The notes: generated by a model not told the origin, from the sequence alone. 64,000 nucleotides of DNA from the human T2T-CHM13v2.0 reference genome, Homo sapiens (GCF_009914755.1 NC_060933.1); one strand, 5' to 3'. Positions 29,285-44,770 are shown, counted from the first letter of the stretch. Numbers and translations: made by a program.

Positions 29285-30314
29285 GTAAGTATTGGCACGG
29301 GGGCGCGCGGCAGCCCCCAGGTCCCGGGGCGCCTCGTCACAGGCTGTAGGCCGTGTGCCATGCACGTTCTCTTCCAACGTTGCTGATGACTAGCGGGACA
29401 TGCTGTGAAAATCTCCCGTGCATGTGTGTTCCCACAACGTGTGTGTGTGCACACGCGTGCATATCTGGGAGTGAGTCTCTCTGTGTTAGAATGAACAGGA
29501 AGCATCCACCGGTTTTGCGAAATTAAATAAATGGAGTGTTTCTGTCCTAGAGGGCTTGGGTTCTGCAGACACACCCATTGCCCTCTGAGGTGAGGGAACC
29601 AGAATGCTCCGGCAGAGACAGCACCATTGACCAAATGCCTGTTCATTTTTCCCCTTTTGGTTTTTTCATCTGTTCAGAAATCCTAGTGGGTTCTTGCAAA
29701 AACCCCATGACTCTGCTACCAGCTCCCTCCCGATGAGTGACATGTCTTCTTATCCTGTACAGCCAGGCCTTTCCCCCAGTATGTTGATTCCTAGGCAAGC
29801 AGGATCCGTGCTCCTGGGAGGCCTGCCACAGAGGCTGTGTCCTTCTTCCAGCCGTGGGTTGGGCTACCAGGGCCAAGGGCACTGTACCCTCCTTGCTTGC
29901 CTCCTTCCCATGGTCCCATGCGGGAGGTCTCTTGAGGATGGCCCAGCAGGGGACATGGTGCTGGGCGCAAGGGCTCCAGAGGAGCTTGTGATCCTGGACC
30001 CTCACTGTTGAAGGGGGCCTCACGTGCCCCTGTTGTGGGTGCATGATGGGAGCTGAGATGACACACGGTGGTCTCGAGAGACATTGGGGGCAGCTCTTTG
30101 CCATCCAGAAATGGGCTCAGGGTGGAACCAAGATCCTCATCTGCTTCCCAGAGCCTGCAGCAGGCTTGCATCGTGGTGCAAGGAACGACACATTTGGAGA
30201 CTGAACTGACGACGTTGGATGCATCAGTCCCCGGGCTCAGGATGCGGTCCACCCCTCCCTCAGCCTTATCCACGATCCAAGAAGCTACCTATGTCTCTGT
30301 CTTGTTCCCCGCAG

Positions 30315-30368
30315 GGTCCTCCTGGGCCTACAGGTCCTCAAGGCCCCATCGGACAGCCAGGCCCCTCT
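30315..30368 (+). CDS. COL5A1: exon 45 (54 nt) GPPGPTGPQGPIGQPGPS
   Basis: cgcag/...tct/gtgagt. Confidence 0.97.
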
Positions 30369-30389
30369 GTGAGTATCCATGGTCAATGA

Positions 30390-30659
<270 letters not shown>

Positions 30660-30829
30660 TAAGAATGGAAAACTAAAGCCAGGCTGCAGGGGGCCTCCTG
30701 GGCCTCCTCATTCCAACTGGAAGTGCTGTAGCTTCCCAGAATTCCAGACATGCCCGCATTTACCACACTTCAGCAGTGGCATTTATTTCTGTGCTCATTG
30801 TGGAAACTGATGATTCGTGAGAAACATAG

Positions 30830-31230
30830 TAACAGTGACTTCTAAATGCACCTCCTAGAGATGACAACGATAAACATTTGGGCATGTTTCATGGCCATGC
30901 CTTTTAAATGTGTGTATTCTCATGCACAGAGGCGCATATGTAATTGTATTTGGTGTTTGACAATGAATCATGTCATAAGTCAGAGAGAAAGTTTGTTCCC
31001 AGCTTTCCCCATTTTCCATCCTCCATTCCCGTTTTATGTTACGAGTGTGTTGGATGCCATTACACATGACTTTCTATTTATTTGGAAAACATGATTTTTA
31101 GTCACTGCACAGTAAGCCAGCATCTGGTGGTGACATAATTTACCCAGGCGTCCCCTGCTGGCTCCTTAGGCTTTATTGTTTTATGGGATCCTGCCATAAT
31201 CACCTTTGTCGTAAATCTTTGCAATCTTCT
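30830..31230 (-). mobile_element. probable ancient L1M 3' fragment
   Basis: AT-rich block with degenerate antisense-L1-like phrases; weak. Confidence 0.35.
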
Positions 31231-31424
31231 CTGCTTATTTCCTCGGGCCGATTCTGAGACTGGGAACCCCGGGACGTCCTCGTGGGTAGCTATGCACAGA
31301 GAAGCACCTTCCCGGGGCTTCGGGGGCTCAGTGGTGCTGTGTGGGTGGAGGTCGTGAAAGCTGTGTGTGTGTTTGACATACACATGACAGAACAGCGCTT
31401 AACTGGGAAGTTTCCTGTTCTCAG

Positions 31425-31478
31425 GGTTTGCCAGGACCTCCAGGCGAGAAGGGTGAGACAGGAGACGTGGGCCAGATG
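31425..31478 (+). CDS. COL5A1: exon 47 (54 nt) GLPGPPGEKGETGDVGQM
   Basis: ctcag/...atg/gtaagt. Confidence 0.97.
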
Positions 31479-31580
31479 GTAAGTGTGCCTGAGACTCCAA
31501 GGCCTTGCCGTACTAGCGGCTCATGTTTTGGGGAAACATTTGCGTTTCCTCTGGGCTCAGTGGTCTCTCCCTTTTCCTAG

Positions 31581-31940
<360 letters not shown>

Positions 31941-32959
31941 TGACTGTCCATTTGTGACAGCCTTTTGCAGAATTTCCAGACGATGCCCCACCAGCAAAGC
32001 CCCTGCCTCCTCCAAGACTCAGCTCTGGTGGAGATCATCTATTCCTTAAATAACTGGTGTTTCTAAGCTTGCAGTTTCCATTTCAGCCGAATTATTTTCT
32101 CAAATGGGTCCTCTCCATTTGATCTGATTGGTTTTGGAGCCCAGACTCCATGAGCGTCATGGACCCAGTCGTGTGTGTGTGTGTGTCTGTGTGTGTGAGC
32201 TCCTGTGTGCACATCGGTGCATGTGTGTGTGCCTGCGTGCTGGGTGGGACAGCATTTGCCTGACTGCAAAAGCACCTCTCCCAGTTCCCCTGGACAAGAG
32301 GGAAGACAGAGTGTACATCCATGCACTTGAGCCCCCTGTGCACCGTTTCCAGAGCTTTCTTTCTGACATCAATCAGGCCATTAAATTGGAAGACGCCTTC
32401 CACCGCTGCTCATTTTTTACGATACAGAAATTAAAGAGGAATATGCCCTGCTGAGACCACAGGGTGATGGTGTGCGGCTTCTGCTCAGAGAGGCGGTGTT
32501 TTCCTTGGTGTCCCCGCTGTAGGGCGCACGTTTCTGTTCACCTGCTGCCACTGTGCATGCCCTCTTCCCTGCGTCCCTCTGGCCTGTGTCCCTGAGGACT
32601 GCGTGCCTGTCCTCCTGCCTCGGCCCTGGCCATCCCCCACCTGGAGTGCCATCCTAGCCACTTACCAGCTTCTCATAGTTGCCCTCCACAACCCTTGGAG
32701 CAGCGCTCCGGGAAAGCCTTCACAGACAGTGTTGCTTGCAGTCTGGACACTCTGCCCTGTATCCATCACGTGCCTGCCACATTCCTCACGCACCTCCAAT
32801 TCTGGGAGTGTGTGGGGACAGCACTCCCCAGAAACCCCTGGGTCCTGGGTGCCCAGGGGCAGGCAGACAGCAGGCAGGATTTGGCAAATGCTTGAAACCG
32901 TAGCACTGCGTTCATCGCGGTGCTCACCGCTGCCATAACCACATGCACTGTCTCCCTAG

Positions 32960-33013
32960 GGCGAGCCTGGCGAAGCAGGTGAGCCTGGCCTTCCGGGAGA
33001 AGGCGGCCCCCCG
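32960..33013 (+). CDS. COL5A1: exon 49 (54 nt) GEPGEAGEPGLPGEGGPP
   Basis: cctag/...ccg/gtgagt. Confidence 0.97.
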
Positions 33014-33773
33014 GTGAGTGAGCGGGCGCTGCGGGAGGGGTGGGATATGGCCGAGCGGGTGTGTGGACGGGGTGCTGGGTTGGAGGCTCTGGCTCTGCCT
33101 TAGCTTTTCCATCCACGAAATGGGAGTTGTAACCCCTCTTGTGCCCATTTCATGGAATGACCGTGAACAAGGTGTGTGATGTGGGAGTCAGCATGTACAC
33201 GCAGACCTAGCAATAGCTACCTGTGCCCAGTGGCCTGCAGTAACTCTACCCTCTGTAGTGTTTGCTCCTGGCCCCTTCGCGGGGCAGCTGCTGTCACCTC
33301 GTCCCCCCGGACCTTGAGGGCCAGACTAGGAATATCCAGGCCTTCTCAGGCCAGATGAATGTTCACTATGAGGCCAGCCCAAAGGTGGCTTTCAGGCCCA
33401 GGACCAGCTGGGTGGACTCGGGTCTTCTGGTTCTAGCTGCTCCCTCCCCATGAGATCCGTGGAGTCTGTGGGCACCCCTTGTGGTCTTCACTGACTGATG
33501 TCTGGTCCAGGAGTCGGTCCCTCCCACCCAGAGCTGAATCTCAGGCTTTGAGGGCCCCAGAAAGTGAAGGCTCCTCAGGTCCCCCTCAGGGTGCACACAG
33601 GAGCTGATTCTGCCCAGGGCTTGGGGAGCGACCTGGCAGCCAGCCCCCTGCAGGGCTCAGCAGATACTTGGAAAGGCTGGTCTGAATGGGGTGAGAAAAC
33701 CGGGGAGGCCCACCTTGCTCTGGGCGGCGACGTGGTTGGCTCTGAGGACTTGACACTGGCCTCTTTCCTCCAG

Positions 33774-33881
33774 GGACCCAAAGGAGAAAGGGGAGAGAAG
33801 GGCGAGTCAGGCCCTTCAGGTGCTGCCGGACCCCCTGGACCCAAAGGCCCTCCCGGAGATGATGGTCCCAAAGGCAGCCCT
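33774..33881 (+). CDS. COL5A1: exon 50 (108 nt) [12 protein letters not shown]...GPKGSP
   Basis: tccag/...cct/gtgagt. Confidence 0.97.
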
Positions 33882-34552
33882 GTGAGTATTCCAGACACAC
33901 CTCAGGGGCCCTGCAGCAGGGGCGGGGCTCTGCACTGGGATCATTCTGACTCACTGGCGGTGCACTCTGCTCTGAGAACAGCTTCAAGACCATTCCATGT
34001 GTTGGGTAAATTTTCTAGACACTAGAGGTTTTCATACCAGCTACTGAACCAAAATAGTGGAGATGAGACAGGGCGTGGACTGGAGGAGAAAGCCCTGAGT
34101 GATTCTTCTCTGTGGGCCAGGCGGCCGGCTGAGATGCACGAGTGACAGCCAGGCTTTGGGAAGTTGCCCCCGCCCTTGGCCGGCCCTGATTTTGCATCAG
34201 GAGGGGCTTCGGAGAGGCACATTCCGGAAGTCTGAAGGTCCAGGTTCTAGTTGCAGCCTGGAGCTCCCAGGAATAGACCTGTGGGCGGAACGCCTGCCCC
34301 TTGCTTGGCTCTGGAAAGCAAGAGACCAGCTGACCCCTGCCATGCCCACTGGCCAGGCTTGCTGGCTCTGGGACATGCTGCACGTGGAAGGGTCTCTGGG
34401 CCATAAAGTGCACTGGGTTGTCGGAACTGCTGGAAAGTCTTAGGAGCTGGACGGTGGCAGGTGGCCATCTTGAGGTGGTGACATGATTGGCCGTGTGTGG
34501 TCTCAGTCAGGTTGCTGATGGCCTTGGCTGCTTCCTTCTTTCTTCCTTTCAG

Positions 34553-34606
34553 GGCCCAGTGGGTTTTCCTGGAGATCCTGGCCCCCCCGGAGAGCCTGGC
34601 CCCGCG
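34553..34606 (+). CDS. COL5A1: exon 51 (54 nt) GPVGFPGDPGPPGEPGPA
   Basis: ttcag/...gcg/gtaggt. Confidence 0.97.
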
Positions 34607-34911
34607 GTAGGTGCTCAAGAGGGCAAAGCCACCGGATCCCCCACAGTGCTGGCCTGCCTCTGCCAGCCCCATTTCCCCTCTTTCTGGTGGTTCTTTGTGA
34701 TGAACTCCCACTGGGGCAGGCAATGTCCCAAAAGGCACTCGTGTTCCGGTGATCAGAGCAAGAAAACGCCTTTGACCCCACTGACCATGCTCTGTGCTGG
34801 CACCAGAATGGATTTGGGTTTTGGGAAGGGGCTGGAGATGCATTGGGAACTGGTGCATGAACTCAGGGTGCCATCCGGGGTTCAGCAAGGAGCTCGCTTT
34901 TGCCTCCATAG

Positions 34912-34965
34912 GGTCAAGATGGTCCCCCTGGTGACAAAGGAGATGATGGTGAACCCGGGCAGACG
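34912..34965 (+). CDS. COL5A1: exon 52 (54 nt) GQDGPPGDKGDDGEPGQT
   Basis: catag/...acg/gtgagt. Confidence 0.97.
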
Positions 34966-35066
34966 GTGAGTCCACAATCTGGGCTGGCTTCCTGGTGGAG
35001 GTGTCAGTGTATTCTTGGGACCTTGCAGCTTGCTTGACTCATTTCTGGGAAAAACTCCAACCTAGT

Positions 35067-35146
35067 TGATATCGATTCCTTTATGATATCGATTCCCTTA
35101 TGATATTGATTCCCTTATGATGTTGATTCCCTTATGATATTGATTC
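35067..35146 (+). repeat. 17-bp AT-rich minisatellite, ~4.7 units (tgatatYgattccYtta)
   Basis: units at 35067, 35084, 35101, 35118 and 35135. Confidence 0.92.
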
Positions 35147-36002
35147 TGGACAGTGACAGAGCTCATGAACTCCCTCTGAGATGCACGTGCTGTCTCAGCA
35201 GCAGGTTTGCAGGCAGCCCCAGGGCTTCCACGACCCACCATGGGCTCGCCCGGGAACGTCAGATCTTACCCACAGCTCTGCCTAGCAGGGCCAGTGCCTC
35301 TCCTCACCAGGCCCTTCCTGCCTTACCTTGACCGAGATCACACTGGACGTTGCATCTGACGCTTGGCGTTGAGTGTTTTAAACACCGCTTCAAGCCCAGA
35401 ACGTCTTTCTGGGACGGATCGACCCCCATGGGCCCTGGGCAGGACTGGGCCTGGAGGAGGCCCCTGAGGCCTTGCAGATGCCCTTGCCCCACCTTGCACC
35501 CAGCCTGGCCAAGCGCGGGGGACTGCGGACCTGAGGGCAAAGGCCATGTCACTGAGTTGAGAGGAGCGTCCACTCAGAGAAGGGGTTAGGGATCTAGCCT
35601 CGGGCTGGATTTCCCTGACAGACACCCCCAGTCCACCACTTCCCGGCCTGTGTCCTGGGACGATTCTTGTCCCCCCTTCTGTGAAAGGGGATGCCAGTGC
35701 CTCGTCCCTGCCCAGGTTGTGGTGGGGACCGAACCGTCATTGTGTATCAAGAGTCAGCACTGTGAGTGGGGAAGTTCTCTTCCAAAATGCAGAAAACCCG
35801 CAGGATGGGAGTTGGGGTTCCTTACGCTGTCACAGCCCGGGTGCGACACTGTCTTAGGACCCTCTGTGCTAGCCCCAAAAGAAGAGAGAGGCGGCCGCAG
35901 GGCTGGCCGAGGAGTAAATAGACTGAAATCGCCGTGTGTTTTGCCTCAATTGAGTCTAACGGGCCCCAATTCCTCACACTCTGTTCTTTCTCCCAATACC
36001 AG

Positions 36003-36056
36003 GGATCCCCCGGCCCTACTGGTGAACCAGGTCCATCGGGGCCTCCAGGAAAAAGG
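36003..36056 (+). CDS. COL5A1: exon 53 (54 nt) GSPGPTGEPGPSGPPGKR
   Basis: accag/...agg/gtaaat. Confidence 0.97.
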
Positions 36057-36612
36057 GTAAATAAGCCTGCAGGCACATCCTTGCTGTCAACTCCCTGCAT
36101 GAAGCACCCCCGCCCCTCCCCGTCACCTTTGCTTGGGCCCTGGGTGCTCTAAGCTGCACTGATGAGGAAGGGCTCGGGTGTGGCATGTTCTCCACTTAGC
36201 CTCGGCCACATCATCACCTAATCACAGGCTTGCCAGGTCGACGCAGCTGCTCCTTTTAGGACAGGCCGCCTGCTGACACGGTCAGTGATATCCATGGTGG
36301 GAGAAAGACACCGGCAAAGCTGCAAAGGTCCTTTTCCCCTGGCTCAGGTTTTACTGAAAAGCCAGAACAAATGAGAAGGCATCTTTTGCAGATTGAATGG
36401 TCCAGCCACTTGCTGGTGGGGCAGTAAACAGCTGCCTGGTGCACCCAGGACGGAGGCCACACACAACTCGCGGCGTGCACTGCGCCTCCCCACGTGGCCT
36501 GAGAGGCCTTTACCTGGGACTGGAGTCCATAGGACTCATGCTGAGGACCCGTGTCACTGCGGGTGGCCCGGGAGCAGCCTCCATGACCCTGCACCCCTGC
36601 CCTGCAGCCCGG

Positions 36613-36724
36613 CACACCCTGAGCACCTGCACCCGAGCTCGTCCCTCCGCCCCTGCAGGCCACACACACACACACCCTGAGCGCCTGCACCCGAGCTCGT
36701 CCCTCCACCCCTGCAGGCCACACT
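36613..36724 (+). repeat. 58-bp direct duplication with (CA)n spacer just upstream of exon 54
   Basis: cacaccctgagcRcctgcacccgagctcgtccctccRcccctgcaggccacac at 36613 and 36671. Confidence 0.9.
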
Positions 36725-36754
36725 CACCACCTGCTGTTCTCTTGCTTCTTTCAG

Positions 36755-36808
36755 GGTCCCCCAGGCCCCGCAGGCCCCGAAGGCAGACAGGGAGAGAAAG
36801 GGGCCAAG
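36755..36808 (+). CDS. COL5A1: exon 54 (54 nt) GPPGPAGPEGRQGEKGAK
   Basis: ttcag/...aag/gtaacg. Confidence 0.97.
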
Positions 36809-37632
36809 GTAACGTGTTTTGGAGCCAGGCTGTGACCGCGTAGACCTCCCCCAGGGGAGCCCAGAGGGTGGGGAGTGGACAAGCGTGTGGGCAGAGATGT
36901 CCATGGAGGCCGAGAGTGGCTGCCCTAGGGGCACCTGGCTCATGGCCTACCTGGGGAGGAGACCTGGTTCTCTCTCAAGGAGGCAGCCAAGTGGTGGCCA
37001 CAAGACTGGGGCCGTCTGCCTTGCCCACCTGAGGGAGGAGGCGGGTGGTGGGTGCGGGATTCAGGGAGCCCAAGGCTGAGTAGTTATGTCCCCCGGAGCC
37101 CTGCGACCTCATGCCTGGTCTTTGAGTCGGCCAGACCTGAGCCGCCTACCTCTGAAGTGGACCGTGTCCGATGGTGACCGTGTCTGCTGCGGGGCCCGTG
37201 CAGAAGATGGGACGCCGTCACCCATGCAGTTGGCTTGGGGCCTGGCCCAGAGCACACGGGAGGCTATTCTGTCAGTGAGGTGATGGCGGCCCGGCCTGGC
37301 ACTGTCTGCCTCCCTCCTGGAGGCGCCTGTTGTTAAGGAGACGGGAGGTTGTGCGGTTCCATCCCTGCTCGGGCAGTGGCGCTGTGACACCCGGTCTGTG
37401 GTCGGCGCAGTCAGCGGAGACGGGATCCCTGCTGGCCTGGGAGATGATCGGGATGGAGACTTGACCAGGGCAGCTTCCACAGGCAATGAAATGTGGAGAA
37501 TTAGGGCAACCCCGGATATGGGGTCACCTGGGACTCCTCCAGAGGTGCCCAGGGTTTCCGAGCAGTGGTCCTGGGCCAGGGTGCCTGGAGCCTAGAGCTC
37601 CGGACCTCATTCTGCCCTCCGCCGTCCTGCAG

Positions 37633-37740
37633 GGAGAAGCCGGCTTGGAAGGCCCTCCTGGGAAGACTGGCCCCATCGGCCCCCAGGGGGCCCCTGGGAA
37701 GCCCGGACCGGATGGCCTTCGAGGGATCCCTGGCCCTGTG
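37633..37740 (+). CDS. COL5A1: exon 55 (108 nt) [12 protein letters not shown]...GIPGPV
   Basis: tgcag/...gtg/gtgagt. Confidence 0.97.
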
Positions 37741-37824
37741 GTGAGTAGGCTGTGAGGGGCAGAGGGGTTGCCGAGTGGAGGGACGGGGGACCAGCAACTC
37801 ATGCAGAGCGTCTCTGTGTTTCAG

Positions 37825-37878
37825 GGAGAACAAGGTCTCCCAGGATCCCCAGGCCCGGACGGTCCCCCCGGCCCCATG
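37825..37878 (+). CDS. COL5A1: exon 56 (54 nt) GEQGLPGSPGPDGPPGPM
   Basis: ttcag/...atg/gtgagt; 84-nt upstream intron. Confidence 0.97.
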
Positions 37879-37976
37879 GTGAGTCACATTCCTCATGGTG
37901 AGCATAGCGGGTGGGATGACTTCGCCACCCAAAGCCCCAAGGATGAGGACTCTGATCCCCCTGCCTCCTCCCACAG

Positions 37977-38030
37977 GGTCCCCCAGGACTTCCCGGCCTC
38001 AAAGGAGATTCTGGTCCCAAAGGTGAAAAG
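37977..38030 (+). CDS. COL5A1: exon 57 (54 nt) GPPGLPGLKGDSGPKGEK
   Basis: cacag/...aag/gtaaga. Confidence 0.97.
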
Positions 38031-38391
38031 GTAAGAGGGGCCTCCCTGCCCCAGCAACTGTGACTCGGGGCCTTCAAATTTGTGGCCGTGGATCTCAAAC
38101 TCAACAAGCTCTTGATCCGTCACCTAAATGTGTCAAGCACCTGCTGCAGGCTGGTGGTGGGGAACCTGAGGGGTGACAAAGGAAAATAGACACGCTGTGT
38201 TTGAGGCTTGGCCCCTGCCTCTGGGGGGTCCTGAGCAGCTCGGGAGATCCCGGAGGCCCCTGCGGTATTGACGGAGAACCTTCCAGCTAGGCACAGAGGC
38301 CCCGGCTGATGGGTGTCCAGGATCCCAGGTTGCTGCTCTCCCTGGGCTGAGCGGCCCCAGATCCTTTCCGCAGGAGGTGTGAGGACATTTC

Positions 38392-39380
<989 letters not shown>

Positions 39381-41073
39381 TGAGCTGGGCAGAGCCGTCT
39401 CCCAGCTCCATGCCCTGACTGGCAGGCGGGGCTTCCTCCTCATGACCGTGGTGTCCCCCAGAGCTGGAGGGACTCGGAAGTCAGGTCATTCTGCCTGGTT
39501 CCCAGCCCTGTGGGAGAGCCCGTCACCCACCGCTTGCCCAGGAGGTCACTGGTGACAACCAGCCGTGTTTGCCAGAGCTGCGGGCAGAGTGGCTGTTCTG
39601 GCTCCTGCTTCCACCTTGTCCCCAGCTGCCCCCAAACTGTAGCTCATTGGAGTTTGCAGCCTCTGCAAACCATAGCCAAGGAAACGCCATGCAGAGAGCT
39701 TCACTCTGTCCCACAACTCTGAGTGACTTGGAAGTGGCCTGGGGAGGGTGACGTGTGCCATGGAGGCAGGAGAGGGGATGAGGTGACCTGTAGTGCCTCT
39801 GTCCTTCCCCCATGAGGGCCACGGGTCCTTATTCCTGTGTGGGAATCTTTCCGTCCCGAGCAAGGTGTGACGGACACACACACGCACAGTATGCTGTGCC
39901 CACCCACGCCCATGCCTCATAGGATGCGGGGGACAGGGCAGGAGCAGGCAGAGCCCCTGGAGGCTGGGAGTAAGGTGGCACCCTCACTATGGGCCCGGGG
40001 AAGGCTGCAGGACATGGCTGAAGGGTGGAGCTCATTGCAAACCCTACCTCACTGGCCAGTGTCCTCCATGCCATTGACTGTTTTCCTCTGCCGGTATCCC
40101 CAGGCCACAGCAGGGTCGTCGGAGGAGTGCCGCCCAGGGTGTGGTGGCCCGGCAACCACGAGAATTAGAGAGGCATCCAGGGTCCCCACGGCCAGCGGGG
40201 AAAGCACCCCTGTGTCCACCCTGTTTGCTCACCTGCCCTCACCCCAAACCATGGTCTTGGCGGCATTGCTGATGAAGGTGTCGGGTTGGTGTGCAGGCTT
40301 GGGTAGTTGTGGGGTCCTTACAATGAGCCACAGCCCAAGTTCCTGCAGGGACAAGGTGAAGGGAGGGAAGCGCTCCCTCCCCAGTGAAATACGGCCATCA
40401 GCCCTCCGCTACCCTCGCCCCCAGCTTCTGCCCGGAGAGAGCTCTGAGTGGAATCCAGGGCTGTAGGGAGAGAGGCTGCAGGTGGCTCCAGCTGCCCGTG
40501 GCAAAGCTGGTCAAAGCTGTTCTGTGCCAGCAGCTCAGTCTGGGAGGGAGTCAGTGGGGAGAAGGGGTCTGAGCGGAGGTTCCACGCTCCAAGGATGCAG
40601 AAAGCACATTTACAGGCTGGACAGGACAGTCAGCATGGATGGGACTCCCTGCCCAACCCCTCCGGGCTTAGTTCTAGAGGGGAGACCAACACCATGAGCA
40701 GGAAACAGCAAGAGGGGCCCAAGCCAGGGCCACAATGTCAGGGCAGTGGTTTCTGTATTTCCAAATGAACGTGAAAAGAAGTGCTCAGCCTGAAGTCCTC
40801 GGTGGCCTGGGGGATGAGAGTGAGTTCCTGGCAGCCCAGCCGGGGGAGCAGTGCCGAGGGCTGGCAGCCTTGGGGTGGATGCTCAGGTCGATGGCTCCCC
40901 TGACATGCACAGCCCAGGATCAGAAAGCAGCCACAGGAGGCTGCTGAGGGGCCAAAGGGCATACCGTGGGGAAGGGACAGGGGAGCCGAGGGGTGTGGCT
41001 GGGTAGCAGGGTTGCAGCCCCGCAGCTCCTCCTCGTCTGAAGGTGATAACCTGCATTTTCTGGTCCTTTTCAG

Positions 41074-41127
41074 GGTATCACTGGTCCTTCTGGCCCGATT
41101 GGGCCTCCTGGGCCCCCTGGCCTGCCG
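41074..41127 (+). CDS. COL5A1: exon 59 (54 nt) GITGPSGPIGPPGPPGLP
   Basis: ttcag/...ccg/gtgtgt (weak donor). Confidence 0.97.
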
Positions 41128-41976
41128 GTGTGTATCTGGGAGGGGCTTGGTCATTCCCGGGAGGGCAGGGAGGGTGGGGATAAGCCTTGGGGCCTCAGTG
41201 TGGAGCTAGAGAATTGTGGAAAAGTCACACGAGAAGCTGGAATTGGGGCCTCCAGGGTGGATTTGCCCATTAACTCAACATTGGGGTTCCAGGAGACAGA
41301 AGAAAGGAAGTGGCGTTGCCCGGCCATGGTTTTTGGTGGGGAAGACAGGGACAGGAAACGGTGGCCATTTCAGGGAACGAGGCCACTTGTCTGTAGGCAT
41401 CTGGGGAGGGTGCGGAAGGTAGTAGTTGGCTCTCCAGCCCTCCCAATTCCCAGGAGCCCGGCCAGCCTGGCCCAGACAAGAGCAGTTAGCTGCCCTCCTC
41501 TGGCACCGCTGCCTGGGTCTCACATTGCTGGGAGACCCAGCATTCCCAGGGCATCCCCACAGCCGCTGGGCTGCAGGTACACATGGCCCCCGGGGGCCCC
41601 TGGCACGCTGAGGGCTGGCCCCTGCTGTGTGCTATCAGGGCTGGGGGGTGCATTCCATCAGCCCCTTCTGAGCCAGGACATGCTCTTTTCCGCTGCCCCC
41701 CCCCCCCGCGGCTGTCTGAGCTGGGGTTTCCTAGCCAGGGTGGGTGGTAGGCTGGCCGGGGGCAGGTAGGACCACCCTGTGTCTCCACGAGGGGTGAGCA
41801 CCAGCCAGGCCCCGACCCTCCTCCCACTCTAGCCGGGCAAATACAAGCATAGACTCTTGAGGGGGATGCAGGTGGGAGAGGGGCGAGGGGCGAGACCAGG
41901 CTGGGCAGGACATGGAGCACGGTGGGGCTGGAGCTGAGACCCGGCTTGCTGACGTTCTGCCCTCCTCTCTCTGCAG

Positions 41977-42012
41977 GGTCCGCCTGGTCCAAAAGGTGCT
42001 AAGGGCTCCTCG
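41977..42012 (+). CDS. COL5A1: exon 60 (36 nt) GPPGPKGAKGSS
   Basis: tgcag/...tcg/gtaagt. Confidence 0.97.
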
Positions 42013-42394
42013 GTAAGTAACATGCTGCCCAGCCAGGCCAATGCCTGGAAGGTAGGGGAGGGCGACGGGTCCCCTGGCACGGGAACAAACTACCCAGACA
42101 ACCGTCCTAGCTCAGGCCCTGCTGCTCACGATCCTCCCATCTTTCTACACTGACCCATGGCGGACTGAGGCAGGTGGGCTGCTCGCCGCCTGCCCTAGGA
42201 AGGGCTCCATCCCTCTCTGTTCTCATCTCAAGGATCCAGGAGGGTACAGGGGTCTCTGCCATTCTCTTCTCTGCTGTGGCTGTGAGGGCCACCTCCCCCA
42301 CATAGGTCTCCAGGGACCATTCTAGAGCTGAAGGTGGATTCAAAGTCCCCTCATACCTCTGTGACCAAGGGTTGATTCTTTTCTTTCTCCCCAG

Positions 42395-42448
42395 GGTCCA
42401 ACTGGCCCGAAGGGTGAGGCAGGCCACCCAGGACCCCCAGGCCCCCCG
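42395..42448 (+). CDS. COL5A1: exon 61 (54 nt) [18 protein letters not shown]
   Basis: cccag/...ccg/gtaagt. Confidence 0.97.
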
Positions 42449-42679
42449 GTAAGTAGCCCTTGAAGCCCAGAAAGCGGGACGGGGGCTCTGGCTAGCTCCG
42501 AGGGAATTGAGAAAGCAACTGTGTGTGTGTGACCCCTCCTGAGACTCATGAAGCCCATGTGGCATGCCCGGGCCTTGTCCCTTGCACGCAGCCGGGGAAA
42601 TGAGCCACACAGGTCTATCACAGGAAGCTTACAGGCCAATTGGCCCTGAGAAGAACAGCTGGCCAGGAGAGAGAGGATA

Positions 42680-43010
42680 CACGTGTGTGCTGTGTGTGCA
42701 TGCATGGTATATGAATGTGTGAACGTGTAGTATATGCGTGTATGTGACTGGGCACGTGTGTGTGCATGTCTGTATGTGTACGTGCATCCTGTATATGTGC
42801 ATGCATGTGTAATGTGTGTGTACATGGTTTGTATGTGCATGTGTGTGTGCATGATGTGTGTATGGGTATGCATGCATATATGTGGGGCACATATGTGTGT
42901 GCATGTGTAGTGTGTGTATATTGTATACGTGCATGCATGGCCGTGTGTGTGTGCATATGTATATGTGTACATGCATGTCTGGGATATATGTGCATGTGTG
43001 TGTGTGTGTT
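42680..43010 (+). repeat. (TG)n/TGCATG-rich repeat in intron 61
   Basis: direct reading. Confidence 0.92.
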
Positions 43011-43326
43011 GGGATGGGGGAGCACTAGACAAGGCCCTGGAGGTGAAAGGTGAAGCCCAGTTTGAACCAGGGCATGGCGAGTGCACTATTGGACACCCCC
43101 CTTTGGTTGTGGAGTCTCTCCAACTCCCATCGTCATCTTAGCTGTGGCCTTCTGGAAGTGAATGGCTCTTTGCATCAGGAGGCATTCATGTGGCCCCACT
43201 GTGTTCAGCCCCAGCTAGGGCTGCAGAGGCCAGACTGGGGAGACCTGGTCCCTTTCCTCAAGGCTTGGCCTTTTGTGTGGCTGAGGGCAGGATGGCAGAT
43301 GCAAGCCCAAGGCTGCAAACTGTTAA

Positions 43327-44022
<696 letters not shown>

Positions 44023-44039
44023 TGAGGCCGGGTGCAGAG

Positions 44040-44230
44040 GCCAAGGCTTTGAGGTCAGACTCTCCAGGTTCTCATCTGGTCTTAGGCATTTTCTGGCGGG
44101 GTGACCTGCTTGAACCTCGTGTTCCTGACCTGTCAAATGGGAACAGAAACATCTCCCAGGAAGAGGACAGAGTTGCGTGAGGCAGTGCCTGAGAGGCTGG
44201 CACAGTGCCAGTGGAAGTAAGGGTCAGTGT
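44040..44230 (+). mobile_element. MIR fragment
   Basis: ggctttgaggtcagac...gtgacc...ctgtcaaatggg...ggcacagtgcc. Confidence 0.55.
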
Positions 44231-44770
44231 TAGGACCGGCAGCAGACGCTGTGCTTGGGCAAACGGCCTTCAAACTCCACGATACTGTAAAAACACATCC
44301 TTCTCCTCACCATCATAGCCTCAGGCACCAATTGAAGGATAAATTCCCATTAGCTTGTCTTCCCCCTGGGAAGTTTGAATGTTCCCCCTGCAAGATTCGA
44401 GGGATGTTCATGGTTCCAGTAGACTCTGATCCTACATGCATGAATTTCCAGAGTTCCTTCCAGAACCCTCTCTGCATTTCTGTCCACCCAGAGAGTAGGC
44501 CGGACCCCAACATTCCTGGCCACCAGAACACGTACCCAGTTGCTTCATGCACCAGCTGTGTTCTTGGTGAATGAGTTTGTCCACATCTCTTTATGGGCCC
44601 AGCAGGAGAAGCAAAATGCAATAAAGTAAACCCCAGAAAGGCCCGTGTTGGCGGCATTCCTGGGGCGTGCATTTTAACTGCTGGACTGAAATGTCACAGC
44701 GGCTTCCGGAACCATCCAGGGAGCAATCCTTCTGACTCTGCCCGCCTCCCTCCCCGTCTCTGAAATCCAG

